A stretch of DNA of 63,242 nucleotides, filler included. It is 22 parts of 22 records of this genome, joined end to end, with 100 filler letters (N's around TTAATTAATTAA, not from the genome) between each part and the next. Parts side by side here need not be neighbours in the genome. Positions count along the whole stretch, not along the records: positions 10,359 to 12,772 come from SRR36015645_174788; positions 12,873 to 15,319 come from SRR36015645_175215; positions 15,420 to 23,101 come from SRR36015645_178157; positions 23,202 to 25,217 come from SRR36015645_178906; positions 25,318 to 27,682 come from SRR36015645_180907; 17 more parts are not named here. One strand, written 5' to 3'. Under the pieces are notes generated by a model, which was given only the letters and a program-made list of their open reading frames with translations, made no database searches and had not been told where the DNA came from. The stretch's first letter is position 1, and each line of letters opens with the position of its first letter. The translations under genes were made by a program, and so were the position numbers. Shown piece after piece: positions 12,548 through 25,506 of this stretch.

Positions 12548-12772
12548 GCTGGGTCATTAGTTACATTTGCGGGTCGCCAGGTTTTGCCACATCGCTTTCC
12601 TACATGACCGACTTCGTTACATTTAAAACATTTCCCTGCAAATGTACAAGAATGAGCCAAATGGCCGGGACGGTCGCAATTATAACACCTTCTGGTTCCT
12701 TGATCATACCTATTCTTATCGCCCCTATTAGGCCTATTGTCTCTATTAGGCCTATTGTTATAATTGTCCCTA
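12538..12772 (-). mobile_element. Ty3/gypsy gag C-terminus with two CCHC zinc knuckles
   Basis: Manual translation RDNRPNR...CYNCDRPGHLAHSC...CFKCNEVGHVGKRC...DPASN*, TAG at 12540-12538. Confidence 0.9.
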
Positions 12773-12872
12773 NNNNNNNNNNNNNNNNNNNNNNNNNNNN
12801 NNNNNNNNNNNNNNNNTTAATTAATTAANNNNNNNNNNNNNNNNNNNNNNNNNNNNNNNNNNNNNNNNNNNN

Positions 12873-15285
12873 CAATGCAACAATAGCCAACATGATGGAC
12901 AAAATCATTGCAGAAACGAGCTGTTCGATAGAGGTAGCGCTTGCTTGGGCACTCAGCGCAAAGAACTCTTTACACAGTGTATACGGATTTAGTCCGAATC
13001 AGTTAGTGTTTGGAAGAAATCCCAATCTACCATCAACAATGATTGACAAAGCACCTGCGTTAGAGGGTTGTACGTCAAGTGAGATTGTGGCACAAAACCT
13101 GAATGCTTTACATGCGGCAAGAAAAGCCTTCATACAAAGTGAGGCGTCCGAAAAAGTCAGGAGAGCTCTGAGACACAACATTCGTCCTATCACCAGCATC
13201 ATTTATAACACTGGAGATAAAGTGTATTACAAGAGAGCTAACGAGAAACAGTGGAAGGGCCCTGGAGAGGTTATAGGAAGAGACAATCACCAAATCTTTG
13301 TCAAGCATGGTGGTATGTACGTTCGTGTGCATCCTTGTAGTCTGAGACTAGTAACAGCTCCTGAATCACGTGATGATGGTGATGAAAATGAAGTTGATGA
13401 TACAGTTCAAAAAGAAACACACACTAATGATGATGAATGGGAAGAAAGTGTCACAGACGATCAAAACACAAATGAAGATGTTGCAGATCACAATGCGGAT
13501 GATGGTCATTTCGATGATAACACCGATGTAAATGAACGGGAAATTGTTGATGGCAATTCATTTGAAAGAAATCGCACTGTCTCACAGAAAGAAGTACCTC
13601 CGGTGAAGAGTCATATCCAATACAGGATTTCAAACGATAGTCCTTGGAAGGAAGCGATTGTTGTAAGTCGAGCAGGAAAACAAACAGGAAGGAACAAATT
13701 TTGGCTCAACGTACAAGATAAAGAAGACAATTCTTTACACAGTGTAAATTTTGAAGAAATCGATGGATGGAAAATAGAAGAAGAAAACGTTCTTTCAGTT
13801 AATACCGATAGCCATGCAGTTTTAGATGCCAAACAAAAGGAGTTGGAAAATTGGAAAAACCATGGTGTATATTGTCAAGTCACAGATGAAGGACAGGAAT
13901 ACATTTCACTAAGATGGGTGGTTACGGAAAAACTCAAAGAAGACGAAATGACAGTAAAGGCAAGACTAGTCGCAAGAGGTTTTGAAGACCCAGAGAAACA
14001 TAAACTTCGCACCGACTCACCTACATGCTGCAAAGAGAATTTGAGAATTCTTTTCGTAATCGTAGTTACCTATCGTTGGAAGTCGTGCACGATTGACATC
14101 AAAGCAGCTTTCTTACAAGGCAAGCCAGTAGATAGAGACATATATGTCAAACCTCCTATTGAAGCGGGAACAAAGGATTTATGGAAGCTGAACACCACGG
14201 TCTATGGCTTGAATGATGCCTCAAGAGTATGGTATCTTCGAGTAAAGGAAGTGTTGTTAGATTTGGGCATGACCATGTCTAGATTCGATGAGGCAATCTT
14301 CTATTGGAGGGTCAACGGTGAATTACAAGGTGTCATAGCTTGTCATGTCGATGATTTCTACTGGGGTGGCACGGAACAGTTTGAACAGAAGGTTGTAAAC
14401 ATGTTGAAATCGACATTTCAAATCAGCCGGGAAGACACTTCTGCTACTTTCAAGTACTTAGGTCTGGAAGTCTCCAAGAAACAGAACGAGATCATAGTGC
14501 GTCAACAAAGCTACATTAATGAAATCGAAATGATGACAGTGCCAGACAGAGGTCACTCGTCACCACTAGAGGATAATGAAAAGCGTAGTCTTAGACTGAT
14601 AAATGGCCAACTCAATTGGTTAGCGAATCAAACAAGACCTGACATTGCTTTTGAATCGTGTGAACTGAGTACTTGCGTTAAGAATGCTACGGTGAAAGAT
14701 GTCATACATGCAAATAAAGCTGTTAGAAAAGTGAAAGCAGAAACAGTCCAGTTACACTTTCCCAATTTGGGTGACTTATCCGAAGCCAAGTTGGTTGGTT
14801 TTTCAGACGCGTCGTTTGCAAATCTGCAAGATGCAGGCTCGCAAGGAGGCTATATAATTTTCCTCCTGGGTAGTAACGGAAAATGCGCACCAATCATGTG
14901 GCAATCAAAGAAGATCCGGCGTGTCGTAAAAAGCACTCTAGCAGCTGAGACACTGGCACTTTTGGAATGCGCTGAAAATGGATTTATAATACGATCTGTA
15001 ATGACAGAAATTCTAGGCATGCAGACTGTACCTATAACATGCGTAACAGACAACAAATCCCTGTACGATTGCGCATACTCCACAAAAACATTAAGTGATA
15101 AACGGCTTAAAGTGGACATATGCGTCATAAGGGACATGATACAGAAACAAGAAATTACACGTATCCTATGGACTGATTCTGAAAAACAGTTGTCAGACTG
15201 TTTGACAAAGAAAGGTGCTTCTTACAGTTCTCTGCACAAAGTGCTCAATGGCACTGCAGATCTAACTGTGAATGGTCTCGAATAA
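12873..15285 (+). mobile_element. Ty1/copia pol (integrase C-terminus, RT, RNase H), 5'-truncated; resembles the GalEa-type copia of aquatic invertebrates
   Basis: IN precedes RT. Motifs KARLVARGF, DIKAAFLQG, YGLNDASRVWY, HVDD, FSDASFA, AETLAL, TDNKSL, QLSDCLTK. Confidence 0.93.
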
Positions 15286-15419
15286 ATGAAGCACAAAATT
15301 TTGTACATATGTAGATATANNNNNNNNNNNNNNNNNNNNNNNNNNNNNNNNNNNNNNNNNNNNTTAATTAATTAANNNNNNNNNNNNNNNNNNNNNNNNN
15401 NNNNNNNNNNNNNNNNNNN

Positions 15420-15445
15420 GGTGTCACAATAGCCTTCGCCTCAAA
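15420..15445 (-). repeat. Polypurine tract and first bases of the 3' LTR of the gypsy element
   Basis: Minus strand reads TTTTGAGGCGAAGGCTAT-TGTGACACC and the contig breaks here, as expected at an LTR repeat. Confidence 0.55.
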
Positions 15446-15770
15446 ATTTAATCGTCCCGATTAAAATATAATATTAACTACTTTTGACCAAATTCGTACA
15501 ATGAAAATTTAGCTACTTTGGATACTTCAGTACACTTTTTTTGTTAACACATAGTAAAATCTAGAAATTTCACAGTACAGCTTCAGTTAAATCTAGCACT
15601 AAAACAATAATTTTAATTATTTTAAATTGAGAAATCTCTGCTTAAAATGTCTAATAAATACACTGGTGCAAAAAAATTATAATACACTGTCATCATCTAT
15701 TTTATACAGTCTCGCGTTACATTGATTGATGCAAATTGAGAACTTGAAACTTTAATTTAATGTTCGTTAA

Positions 15771-18700
15771 TCACATTTCTTCAATTAAACGAGCCGGCCT
15801 TCTCACCAAGCGTCCAGCACGTGTTCGTGTACGCAAGTCTTCTCGCACTTCTTGCCGTACGCGGTCTGCTCGAGCTCTTCTGATGTCTCTTCTTCTTCGT
15901 ACCGGATAGTCTAGTTCGGGCCGCTCGATATGTTGAGCAGCAGGTTCAGCTTCGGACTCTACCCGAGAAGATGACCCAACAGAATTTGATGATTCACCAT
16001 CAGACGCTGCACGAGAACTATTGGATCTAACAGCGGCTGGCTCGGTCAACACAACACATTCTTCCTCTGATGAGCTCGACAGCACTGCCTCGATGTTTTC
16101 ACGATGGTGAGAAGACATTCGCACAGAACGAACAGGCTTACGACGGCGGCGCATGTTTCGTTTCCAATTGCCCCTGGTGCGAGGAGGCCATGTGGAAGGC
16201 GGCACCTTTCGCAAGTTATTCACATGTATCACTTGCTCTTTCTGGGACACAACATGACGTAAGCGATAATTTACCGTGCTTATCTTCCTAATTACTACAT
16301 ATGGGCCGAGCCAGCGTGCTGAAAGCTTTTTACAACGACCTTTCTTCACCTGCGGTTTGTAAGCGAGCACTTTGTCGCCGACGTCGAAGCTACGCGGATG
16401 AGAACGTTTATCATATTGGCGCTTCTGCTTTCTTTCTGCCTGCTCCAAGTTCTCCGCCACTATTTCCATCGTACGCTGATTTTGCTTCTGTACGGCTTTG
16501 ACATGGTCTGAAAGAGGCATTGCACCAGGAGTTGGAAGTCCCAATGCAAAGTCAAGCGGAGTGACCGGATCGCGGCCTCGAAGAATGTAGTATGGCGTCT
16601 CGCCGGTGCTCTCTTGATACGATGTCCTCAATGCGTACAATATGTGGGGAAGCCAGATGTCCCAATCACGTTGGTTTTCGCCACAATATTGTTGGATACA
16701 TTTCACGATCGTCTTATTGGTCCTCTCCACCAATCCGTCGCACATAGGGTGATACGGAGTTGTTCTGGTCTTGACGATGCCAAGCAAACGACAGAGCTCC
16801 TCCATTATCTTTGAAGTATAATTCGGACCCTGGTCCGAGTGCAGCTGGTACGGCATACCATGGTTCGCAACGACATTACCGAATATGAATTTGGCGGTGG
16901 TTTCCGCTGTTGCATTAGGTGTTGCTAACGCTTCTGGCCACTTACTGAAGTAGTCAATGGCAACAATGATATAACGGTTGCCTCGCGGCGTGGTCGGCAT
17001 AGGACCCACAACATCTGTACCAACGATTTCGAACGGATAACTTGGTCTAATTTTGATGAGTGGAGCCCTCGTGTTCGGGATGTTAGACTTATTTCGAAGA
17101 CATGCCTCACAAGAAGAGACCCAGGCCTCCACATCTCTGCGTTGGTATGGCCACCACAACCTGCACTGCAATCTGGCCAAGGTGCGGACAACTCCAAGGT
17201 GTGCAGCAGTCGGATTGTCATGACAAATATCTAAAATAACAGGTACAAATTGGTGAGGAATCACAGTAACAAATCTATCATTCTCTCTACACTTATTGTA
17301 GACTTTCTTCATTAAGACTTTTCCGTGTAAAACAATGTTTCCCTTCTTAAATTCTGACAAGATTTTTTTATCCGCTTTTGTTTCAAACAATTCCTCGTTA
17401 ATTTCCTTCTTTTCCAGTAAATTTAGCCTGATAACATTTAAACAAATGTCATCTTTCTGCCGTTCAGACCACAAGTTTTCGAAACTTTGTTGCTCATCAG
17501 GCCTATCGATCTCTAACGTTTCATTTACAACATTTAAAATTGCACATTTTCTCAAAATCTCTGAATCAGATGTCTCAAACGGAGAGCTGTTATCAATATG
17601 GGATTCAGTAATGCACTGATCATCTACATCAGAATATTCCGAATCAGAATCACAATATCCCCAATCAGATGCAGTTTCTAAAGGTTGGTAACACCTCCCA
17701 GAAGTGTTTTGACTAATCTTTTGAGCCAGTGACTGATGTTCGGACATGTTATTTGTTTCTTCCAACCTGGAAGGGCATATATATACAGAGCAGTTGGAAG
17801 AAACATCATTAACATACAAAGAATCAGACAGTTCATGCATAGCGCGATGTGCAAAAGGGTCATTCATTGAACAATCCGTTTGTATACATGCATCAGAAGT
17901 GTTCACAGTTTGCGTTGCCTTGTTTTCACACACTTTAGCGCACACGTTTATTACTCCTACGAACTGCGATTCGAGATCACTGGAAGATTTATCGTTATTT
18001 CCGCACAAGTAATCCGCGGTTTGAGCATGGGGTATGCGAGAGAGTGTATCCGCATTATTATTTAAGCGCCCCGGCCTGTATATAACTTTGTACGAGTATG
18101 ATTCGATCTCCATCAACCAACGCGCTATGCGACCCTTCGGTTCCTTGATACCACGCAACCACACCAAGGGTTGATGGTCAGTAATCAAAGTAAAGGACTT
18201 GCCATAAAGATAACTTTTGAACTTCTTCAATGCCCATATAATGGCAAGGCACTCTTTTTCCGTAACTGAATAATTGTTTTCAGCTTTGCTTAACGTACGA
18301 CTCGCATAGGCATTTACGCATTCTTCGTTTTCGATAGTTTGTGATAAAACAGCACCTAAACCCTTATCTGACGCGTCTGTGGCTATATAAAATTCGTGCT
18401 CGAAATTTGGAAACCTTAAAATTGGTGCATTAGTAAGGCAAGCTTTCAATGTTTGGAATGCTAATTCGGCATCGTTACTCCATTCCACCACCTTAATCTC
18501 TTTTTTGGTAAGATCCGTTAACGGTTTTGCAATGCGCGAAAAATCTTTAATAAACCTACGGTAATACCCGCTCAATCCAAGAAAACTACGAATTTCTTTA
18601 ACAGTGGTGGGGCGAGGATAATCGCGAATGCATGCAATTTTCTCATTGTCTGGCGCAACTCCTAAATCACTCACCACATGACCTAAATAGTGGACGGACC

Positions 18701-20414
18701 GCTGCAGAAAATGGCACTTTGAAGGTTTGACTTTTAAATTTGCCTCGCGTAACCTATTAAATACTTGCCGCAAACGATCTACGTGGGAATCTATATCTTT
18801 ACTCATTATAATAATATCGTCTAGGTATACTAGACAGATTTCCCATTGCAGTCCCGCTAATGCATACTCCATAAGACGCTCAAAAGTACTTCCAGCATTA
18901 CACAAACCGAATGGGAGAACATTGAATTCGAATAACCCCTTCTGTGTAGCGAAAGCCGTTTTACATTTGCTGCGAGAACTTAAAGGTATCTGCCAGTAAC
19001 CTGAGGTCAAATCGAGGGTTGTAAACCACTTTGAACCACTAAGTGCGTCTAGTGTGTCGTCGATTCGTGGTAACGGGTACGAATCCTTGACAGTAACATC
19101 ATTTAACCGACGATAGTCTATACACGCGCGTGTCGTATTATCCTTCTTTTTAACGAGCAACATTTGCGCTGACCAAGGCGAAACACAGGGAGATATTATA
19201 CCTGCCTGCAGCATTTTTTCAACATGTTCATTTTGTTGCTGTCGCAACAAAGGGTTAGTCCGCCGCATAGGTAACTTAACCGGTTTAGCACCAGCAGTAT
19301 CAATAGAGTGTTTTAGAATATGAGTGCAACCAATGTCTGTATCGTGTTTAGAGAAAACATCATTGAATTCATCAAAAAATTGATCCAACTGTGTTCGAGC
19401 ATTTTCGTCTAAATCGGGATTCACATCTAACTTTTCCTTCCAATCATTTTGACCTACAGAATTAACATTCATGTGTTCCGAATTTTCATGTTGACATTCA
19501 TCAAGCAACTCGTCATCCAGTAAAAAATAGCTATCGTTTTCACAGGCACATTTACTCTCAACTACTTCTTTGATTAAGTTCTTATACCGACCAATTTGGG
19601 TACCGGTCTCTATATCTATAGAATTGTTACTCACATTCATGATCCTAACAATAGCTTTGGAACTATCTTCTGTTGGTGCGACTGCAGTTCTAGCTATCCC
19701 AAGCCCTTCTATCCCTCTGTTCCAATCACCCTCTATAACTCCTTCTTCCGATGCATTCCTAGTTATAAAGTGTTTATGTTTATCAGGCTTACTAATTCTA
19801 GTCTCAACCACCATCTCAGAATTTGCAGGTACATGAATGTGATTAACAACGTAAACAGGTTGCCCATGAAACTTACTACAAGTATGATTATGCTTGTTAC
19901 TAAATCGAACCTTCAATGAAACACTACCTGTTGGCCAAATTAATTGTTTATTGTACAAATGGACATCAATTCTATTCTTTACCAGGAAATCGGTACCTAA
20001 TATAACATCTGAAACCAAATTTTCTACCACTACAGCATCCCATAATACTTGTAAATTACCAATTTGAACAAAGATTGGCATTTTACCCAAAACTACCAAA
20101 TCATTTCCCGAAGCAGATGAAATGCCCTCAGTCATACTGACCATCACATTTTTCGACAGTACTGAATGATTTTGGATGACTTTGTTGCTGATAAGTGTCA
20201 ACGGACTACCCGTATCTACCAAAAATTCCATTTCATTTCCATTAAGTCTTCCAACACAACATGCAGAATCAGTTATACTATTAGTATTTAATTTGGTCTT
20301 GAGTTGTGAAAATGTTGTATCGGGTTTATGTTTATTCACAACATTAGGCTTAGGGTGGCTCTTTAACGCGTTGGTTGATGGCCGAGCCGCATCATCAACC
20401 CGACTTAGTTTCCC
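15771..20414 (-). mobile_element. Ty3/gypsy pol (PR-RT-RNase H-integrase), uninterrupted, -1 frame relative to gag
   Basis: LVDTGS; YLDD; RNase H TDAS/EKECLA/TDH/NADTLSR; HHCC finger; integrase D (GTDVVGP), D (HSDQG), E (GLVER); GPY module. Confidence 0.97.
20357..20414 (-). promoter_or_regulatory. -1 programmed ribosomal frameshift signal: G_GGA_AAC slippery heptamer + H-type pseudoknot
   Basis: Canonical X_XXY_YYZ at 20414-20408, 7-nt spacer, 8-bp stem GGTTGATG/CATCAACC, loop GGCTC complementary to downstream GAGCC. Confidence 0.88.
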
Positions 20415-21766
20415 TGCGCATTCACGTCGACATTGCCCATAATTCCTCCAGTGTTGTTTTGCAGGCTATGATTTGGGCAGCAGTTCATAGCATTGGGCAG
20501 AGGAGGAGTTGGAGCGTGATAATTATACGGGTTGGCGTATTGAATACCAGGATTATTAACAGCATTATTTACAAACCCTGGACAACTATACGCAGCATTA
20601 TTTACAAACCCCCGATGATTATACGCGTTATTCCCAAACCCATTCGGACTATTGGTATCCGCGTTAAAAGCTTCAGACTTTTGAGCATAAGTATTGCTGT
20701 AGCCTTGAGCCCCTCCATTCCTCGTATCATTAGTATTATCGCCAAAATAAAGCTTTGGGCAACGCCGTTTAATATGACCGAAGTCGCCACAGCCAAAACA
20801 TTTTACGTTACTATAATCTCTTGGGCGCCTATCATTATCGTCCCTATTCCTACCATCGTTATTCCTACCATCGTATCCCCTGTTATTCCTACCACCTCTA
20901 TTGTTACGACCGTAATTACGATTTCCATCTTTGTACCTAAACCTATCATCAGTATGATCACGTGCGTAACCTTGCGGTTGAGAATTATTTTGAGCACTAC
21001 CTTGGACAGCAAACTTATCTGACTCACTATTCTGTTTACCTGCATTTTTCAAACCGTCAATATCTTTCTGCAAACTAGACTGATTGTTCATTAAATCTGA
21101 GACAAGATTAGTAAGTGTATCTAGCTTAGCATCAAGTGCACTAAAGTTCTCCTCATTTATGCTATGCCCTTGCTTCTCAGCTGCTATAGCACCTACAGTT
21201 TTCTTAACTCTATCTGCCTGTATCAATTCGTTTACCGCCCTGAACCGCTTAGCAGTAGCAATTGCTTGATCTAGAGTCTCGGGATCATGCTGTAACACCT
21301 TCTCTTTAAGGTCCTGACTTAATCCTACTACAAACTGGTCTCTTATCAAAGTATCTTTAATAGTATCTGATCCCTCAGGTAAAGCTAAGTTTAACTTTTG
21401 TCGCAGCCGACAAGCAAAACCTTCCATACTTTCACCATCCCGCAATTTCATACATCTGAACTCATTCATGTATAAATGTCTCCCGCTCTTAGGTGTGAAG
21501 TGTTCTTTTAAAGCATCTACCAGTTCCTTGTACGTTCCTAGTTTGCTATGAGGAGTGTATGCGGTAAAAGCTTCGTCTCTTAAATACACAGGGAGTTTTC
21601 TCCTTTTAATAATATCACTCCAATCATTACTATCTGCCACACATTCAAAATGAGCTAACCAAACTTCAAAATCTGCGCCATTACCCCTAAATATATCTGG
21701 TTTAGCTAAGCCATAAGATTTAGTTTTGCTAGACCCTTTCGGGTCTGTATCCTCGTTATCACTCAT
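20405..21766 (-). mobile_element. Ty3/gypsy gag with CCHC knuckle
   Basis: Capsid-like PDIFRG..WLAHFE..LRDEA, DQFVVGL; CFGCGDFGHIKRRC; ends GGA AAC TAA. Confidence 0.93.
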
Positions 21767-22382
21767 TATACAATAATTATGCTAAATAAATACGGACTTA
21801 ATGGTCCACTTACACTAAAACAGCATTCCTTATAGCTAATCAATGAAGTTTAGTCCTACACAAAAAAAAATAATCGCGGAAACATGCCTCTGTTCATTGA
21901 AATTTAAATACAAATTCTATGACATGACAAAAAAAAATTTAACTGCCAACTAGTTCGAGCCGCCGCGACATAATTTACCTTTGCATGTATGTTTGCCAGC
22001 AATAAGTCCCTTTATGTTCATAGTGTACAGTTGTCTCACACAAATATACAAAGTAACAACAACATGTAACATACTACGTGTTAGTAAGTGTAAGTTTTTT
22101 TTTTTTTTTATGTTTACTGCGAATTGAAAATAAAGATTCAGTAAGCGTGTATGTGTATGTGAATAATAACCTACATGTATTTTTAATTGTCAAAAGTACA
22201 AAAATTATCATTATAATTATTATTATTTTTTAAACTAGTTATCTTACGTTATGAAGTCCTAATAACATTTACTTGCTTGGCCAAGTCTAGACTGATAGTA
22301 TGCTAAGTTCACTAAGATATAATCAGGTATTTTCTTTAGAGTAATAGGCAATGCGGTACTTGTTTAGGCAGATCGTCCAATT

Positions 22383-22650
22383 GTGTATGTGTCACACGTT
22401 TGTGTATAAGTCGCCTGTGCAACCGTGTGCATGCGTGCGTGCGTGCACGTGTATGTCTGCATCTGTAAATGTGCACGAGTGTGTGCGTGAGTGTATATGT
22501 GCATCTGTATGCATGAGTGGGTGCGTGAGTGTATGTGTGCATCTCTATGCACGAGTGGGTGCGTGAGTGCATGTATACTCGTACGTGTGAGCCTATGTGT
22601 GTATGAGCATGTGCCAGCTTTTGAGTACAAGTTAGTACACACACGTTGTG
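22383..22650. repeat. Degenerate alternating purine-pyrimidine (GT/CA-rich) simple repeat upstream of the gypsy gag
   Basis: gtgtgc/gtatgt/gcgtga runs; internal repeats such as gagtgggtgcgtgagt. Confidence 0.8.
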
Positions 22651-23201
22651 ACAGACAAAAATAACAATAAACTCGATCATACAACCTTTCACTGCCGCAG
22701 GCTAACTAATCTGTACACTTTAAACACAAAGGTTCATTTTTTTTTCTTAAATATATATTCATAGGCTATGTTTCTTTTCTTAGTAAGAGGTTGCGCATAA
22801 AACAATAACACAAAAATATGCGATGCACGAGTATTTTAACCTGATATGCGAAAAAAAAATGTGATTTGAAATGCACAAGACAATGGAGTGTTACAGCAGT
22901 TAGCAGCAAGAAGCTATTATCAAGATGGCCGCTTTTTTTGAGAAAAATCTGTATAGTTTCACAAAAAAAACTTAGGATGTGTTTACGTAGTTACCTAGCA
23001 GCCTACTCTTTATTCTAGCACATGACCATAATCACGCCCTAAAAAAACTTAATTAGGCCTACTAAAGTACCTAAGGACAATAAATCCCGACCCAAAAAAA
23101 ANNNNNNNNNNNNNNNNNNNNNNNNNNNNNNNNNNNNNNNNNNNNTTAATTAATTAANNNNNNNNNNNNNNNNNNNNNNNNNNNNNNNNNNNNNNNNNNN
23201 N

Positions 23202-25217
23202 ATCCAACAGCCTAACAATCCTATAGTACACAATGATCGAAACGCTATTGTCTCAGTAGTGAATCATCTCAAAAAACCAGTCATCAATATCCAAAGGTTT
23301 GAAGGAAATCCTCTGCATTATAAAAACTTTATTAGACAATTTACGAGTAGAATAGCTAACTATGCTGATGATAATGAGGAAAGAATGGTATACTTACAGC
23401 AGTTTACTGTGGGGGAACCTAATAGAATAGTGGCGGGTTTCAGTTTCCTAGATGCGAACGAAGGGTATCATGCTGCTCTCAAAGAATTGGAATACCGCTA
23501 TGGTAGTGATGAGATAATTGCTAACGCATACGTAAGGAAGGCTTTAGATTGGAGCCCAATTAAGAGTGATAACGGTAAGGCTTTAGATGAGTTTGCAATA
23601 TTTCTTACCGAGTGTCAGTATGCTGTTGGTAGCATACAATCAGTAAAGGTTCTCGAATATACGGAGAATATGAAAGCTTTGGTAAGAAAGCTTCCATTTA
23701 GACTCCATGATAAATGGAGAAACATTGTTTTCAATACAAAAAGCAGGAACGCAGATGTCAATTTCAAACAATTGGTCCAATTTGTCAAGGACGAAGCCCG
23801 AAAATACAACGATCCCGTCTATGGTAGGGAGTCAATGTCAGTAAAACTAAATACACCGACACATTTCAAAAGCAGTGGACAAACACATTTAGGGAACAGT
23901 GAGGAGCCAGATACTGACGGAATGGCTAATAGCCAAGGATATGTATGCAATGCTAGCGACAAAGAAGATAATGTAAGTAGTTTTAACACAAACTTAAAAG
24001 GTCATAAAAATAAAAGCAATGGATTCTGTGCGTTTCCTGCACACAGGAACATTACACCCGGACATACGACACAAGATTGTCATGCATTTAGAAACCTATC
24101 TATACCAGAAAAATATACAGCTCTCAGAGAGGTGGGAGCCTGTTTCCTCTGCTTTGAGAAACATCGTAGAGACAGTTGTCCAACAAAGAAGCCATGCAAA
24201 CTTTGTAAGAGAGACAATCATAATGAATTGCTCTGCTACCAGGCCAATAGAAAATTTCATCCAACATTAAACTCAAACTCATCCAACAATGGAAATAATG
24301 CAGAGAGTAAAGTACACACAGCATTAAACTCAAACCCATCCAATAACGGAAATAACGCGGAAAGTTATTCATCACAAGGGAATTTCCCTACTTTAAATGC
24401 AATACAACAGGCACCAATAACTGGAATGAATATGACAGCAACAGTATTTTTCGATGATGGTTCCAATACAACCTACATTACACATGATGCAGCCAATCGA
24501 TTCAAATTGAAGAAAGTCAATTGTCTTTCATTAGATGTAACTACCATGGGAGAAATACAGACAACTTACAACACTTGCCAATATGAAATACCACTCACAA
24601 CTAAAGACGGCAACAATGTAACAGTATTCGCATATGGAATGAACAGAATTACTGGACCAGTGAGCAAATTAGATTTGGAAGTTTTGTCTAACTTATTCCC
24701 GGGCTATGAAGTTCAAACACTCCAGAGACAGTCAATGACTGTGGATATACTTATGGGAGGAGATCATTTGGGTCTGCACCCTAAGTATGAGATTGCTCAA
24801 GCTGGTGAGAATCTTAGCATAATGAAAGGGGTATTTGGAGACTGCTTGAAAGGAACACATCCCGATTTAAAGGTGGCAGAAACACAAGTTAATAAAGATT
24901 TGTTCAAGACAATACACGATGAAAGAATCAAACTTGACTCTAATCATGTGGAAATGGTGAATTTCAATCATCCAGAATTTACAGTAGTAAAGAACTGTAA
25001 AAAGAATCTTGGTTCAGAGCAAGTGGAAGTGGGTTCCAATCATCTAGAATTTGCGATGAAAACGACATGTTATAGAATTAAAGCAAATGCAGTGAATCAA
25101 ACAGAAGATACGAACATTAACACTTTTATTAATGGTGAACAACTAACTACAGAAATAATGCCATTATGTGGTAGTTGCAAATGTGGGAAATGTCCAATTG
25201 TTGGACAGACATATTCT
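23202..25217 (+). mobile_element. BEL/Pao LTR retrotransposon gag-protease region (partial at both ends)
   Basis: DUF1759-like RFEGNPLHY..F; knuckles CFLCFEKH..C..CKLC..H..LC; protease-like FFDDGSNTTYI..VDILMG; CGSCKCGKCP. Confidence 0.85.
24266..24367 (+). repeat. In-frame tandem duplication (LNSNSSNNGNNAES / LNSNPSNNGNNAES) in the BEL gag
   Basis: Two diverged ~45-bp copies, each starting ttaaactcaaac. Confidence 0.8.
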
Positions 25218-25317
25218 NNNNNNNNNNNNNNNNNNNNNNNNNNNNNNNNNNNNNNNNNNNNTTAATTAATTAANNNNNNNNNNNNNNNNNNNNNNNNNNN
25301 NNNNNNNNNNNNNNNNN

Positions 25318-25506
25318 GGGGGAGGGCGATCGTACCAGTTCGATGGTTCTCGGCCAAAGCGACCGTTCGTATCATCTACCCAGGGTCCCTTTCGAGAAGG
25401 CACCTGCCGAAAGTGCGGCGAGTTCGGCCACTGGGTGCGAGATAACAAGTGCCGCATGCAATCGGGACAAGGCCCAAGCAGCACCAAGTGGGTGCACAGA
25501 CAATAA
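25318..25506 (+). mobile_element. DIRS/PAT-like gag C-terminus with a CCHC-like knuckle
   Basis: Manual translation GGRSYQFDGSRPKRPFVSSTQGPFREGTCRKCGEFGHWVRDNKC...HRQ*; overlaps the RT ORF, which is in the +1 frame. Confidence 0.8.

Noticed and set aside
20375-21022. 215-aa Ile-rich antisense ORF over gag
   Set aside because: Explained by the AAT/GAT-rich (Asn/Asp) codons of the gag tail; no motif.
22336-22692. His/Thr-rich and Cys/Val-rich ORFs on both strands
   Set aside because: Translation artefacts of the GT/CA simple repeat.
24448-24480. DDG instead of D(S/T)G in the BEL protease as a novelty
   Set aside because: This position varies among BEL/Pao proteases; the catalytic Asp and Gly are kept.
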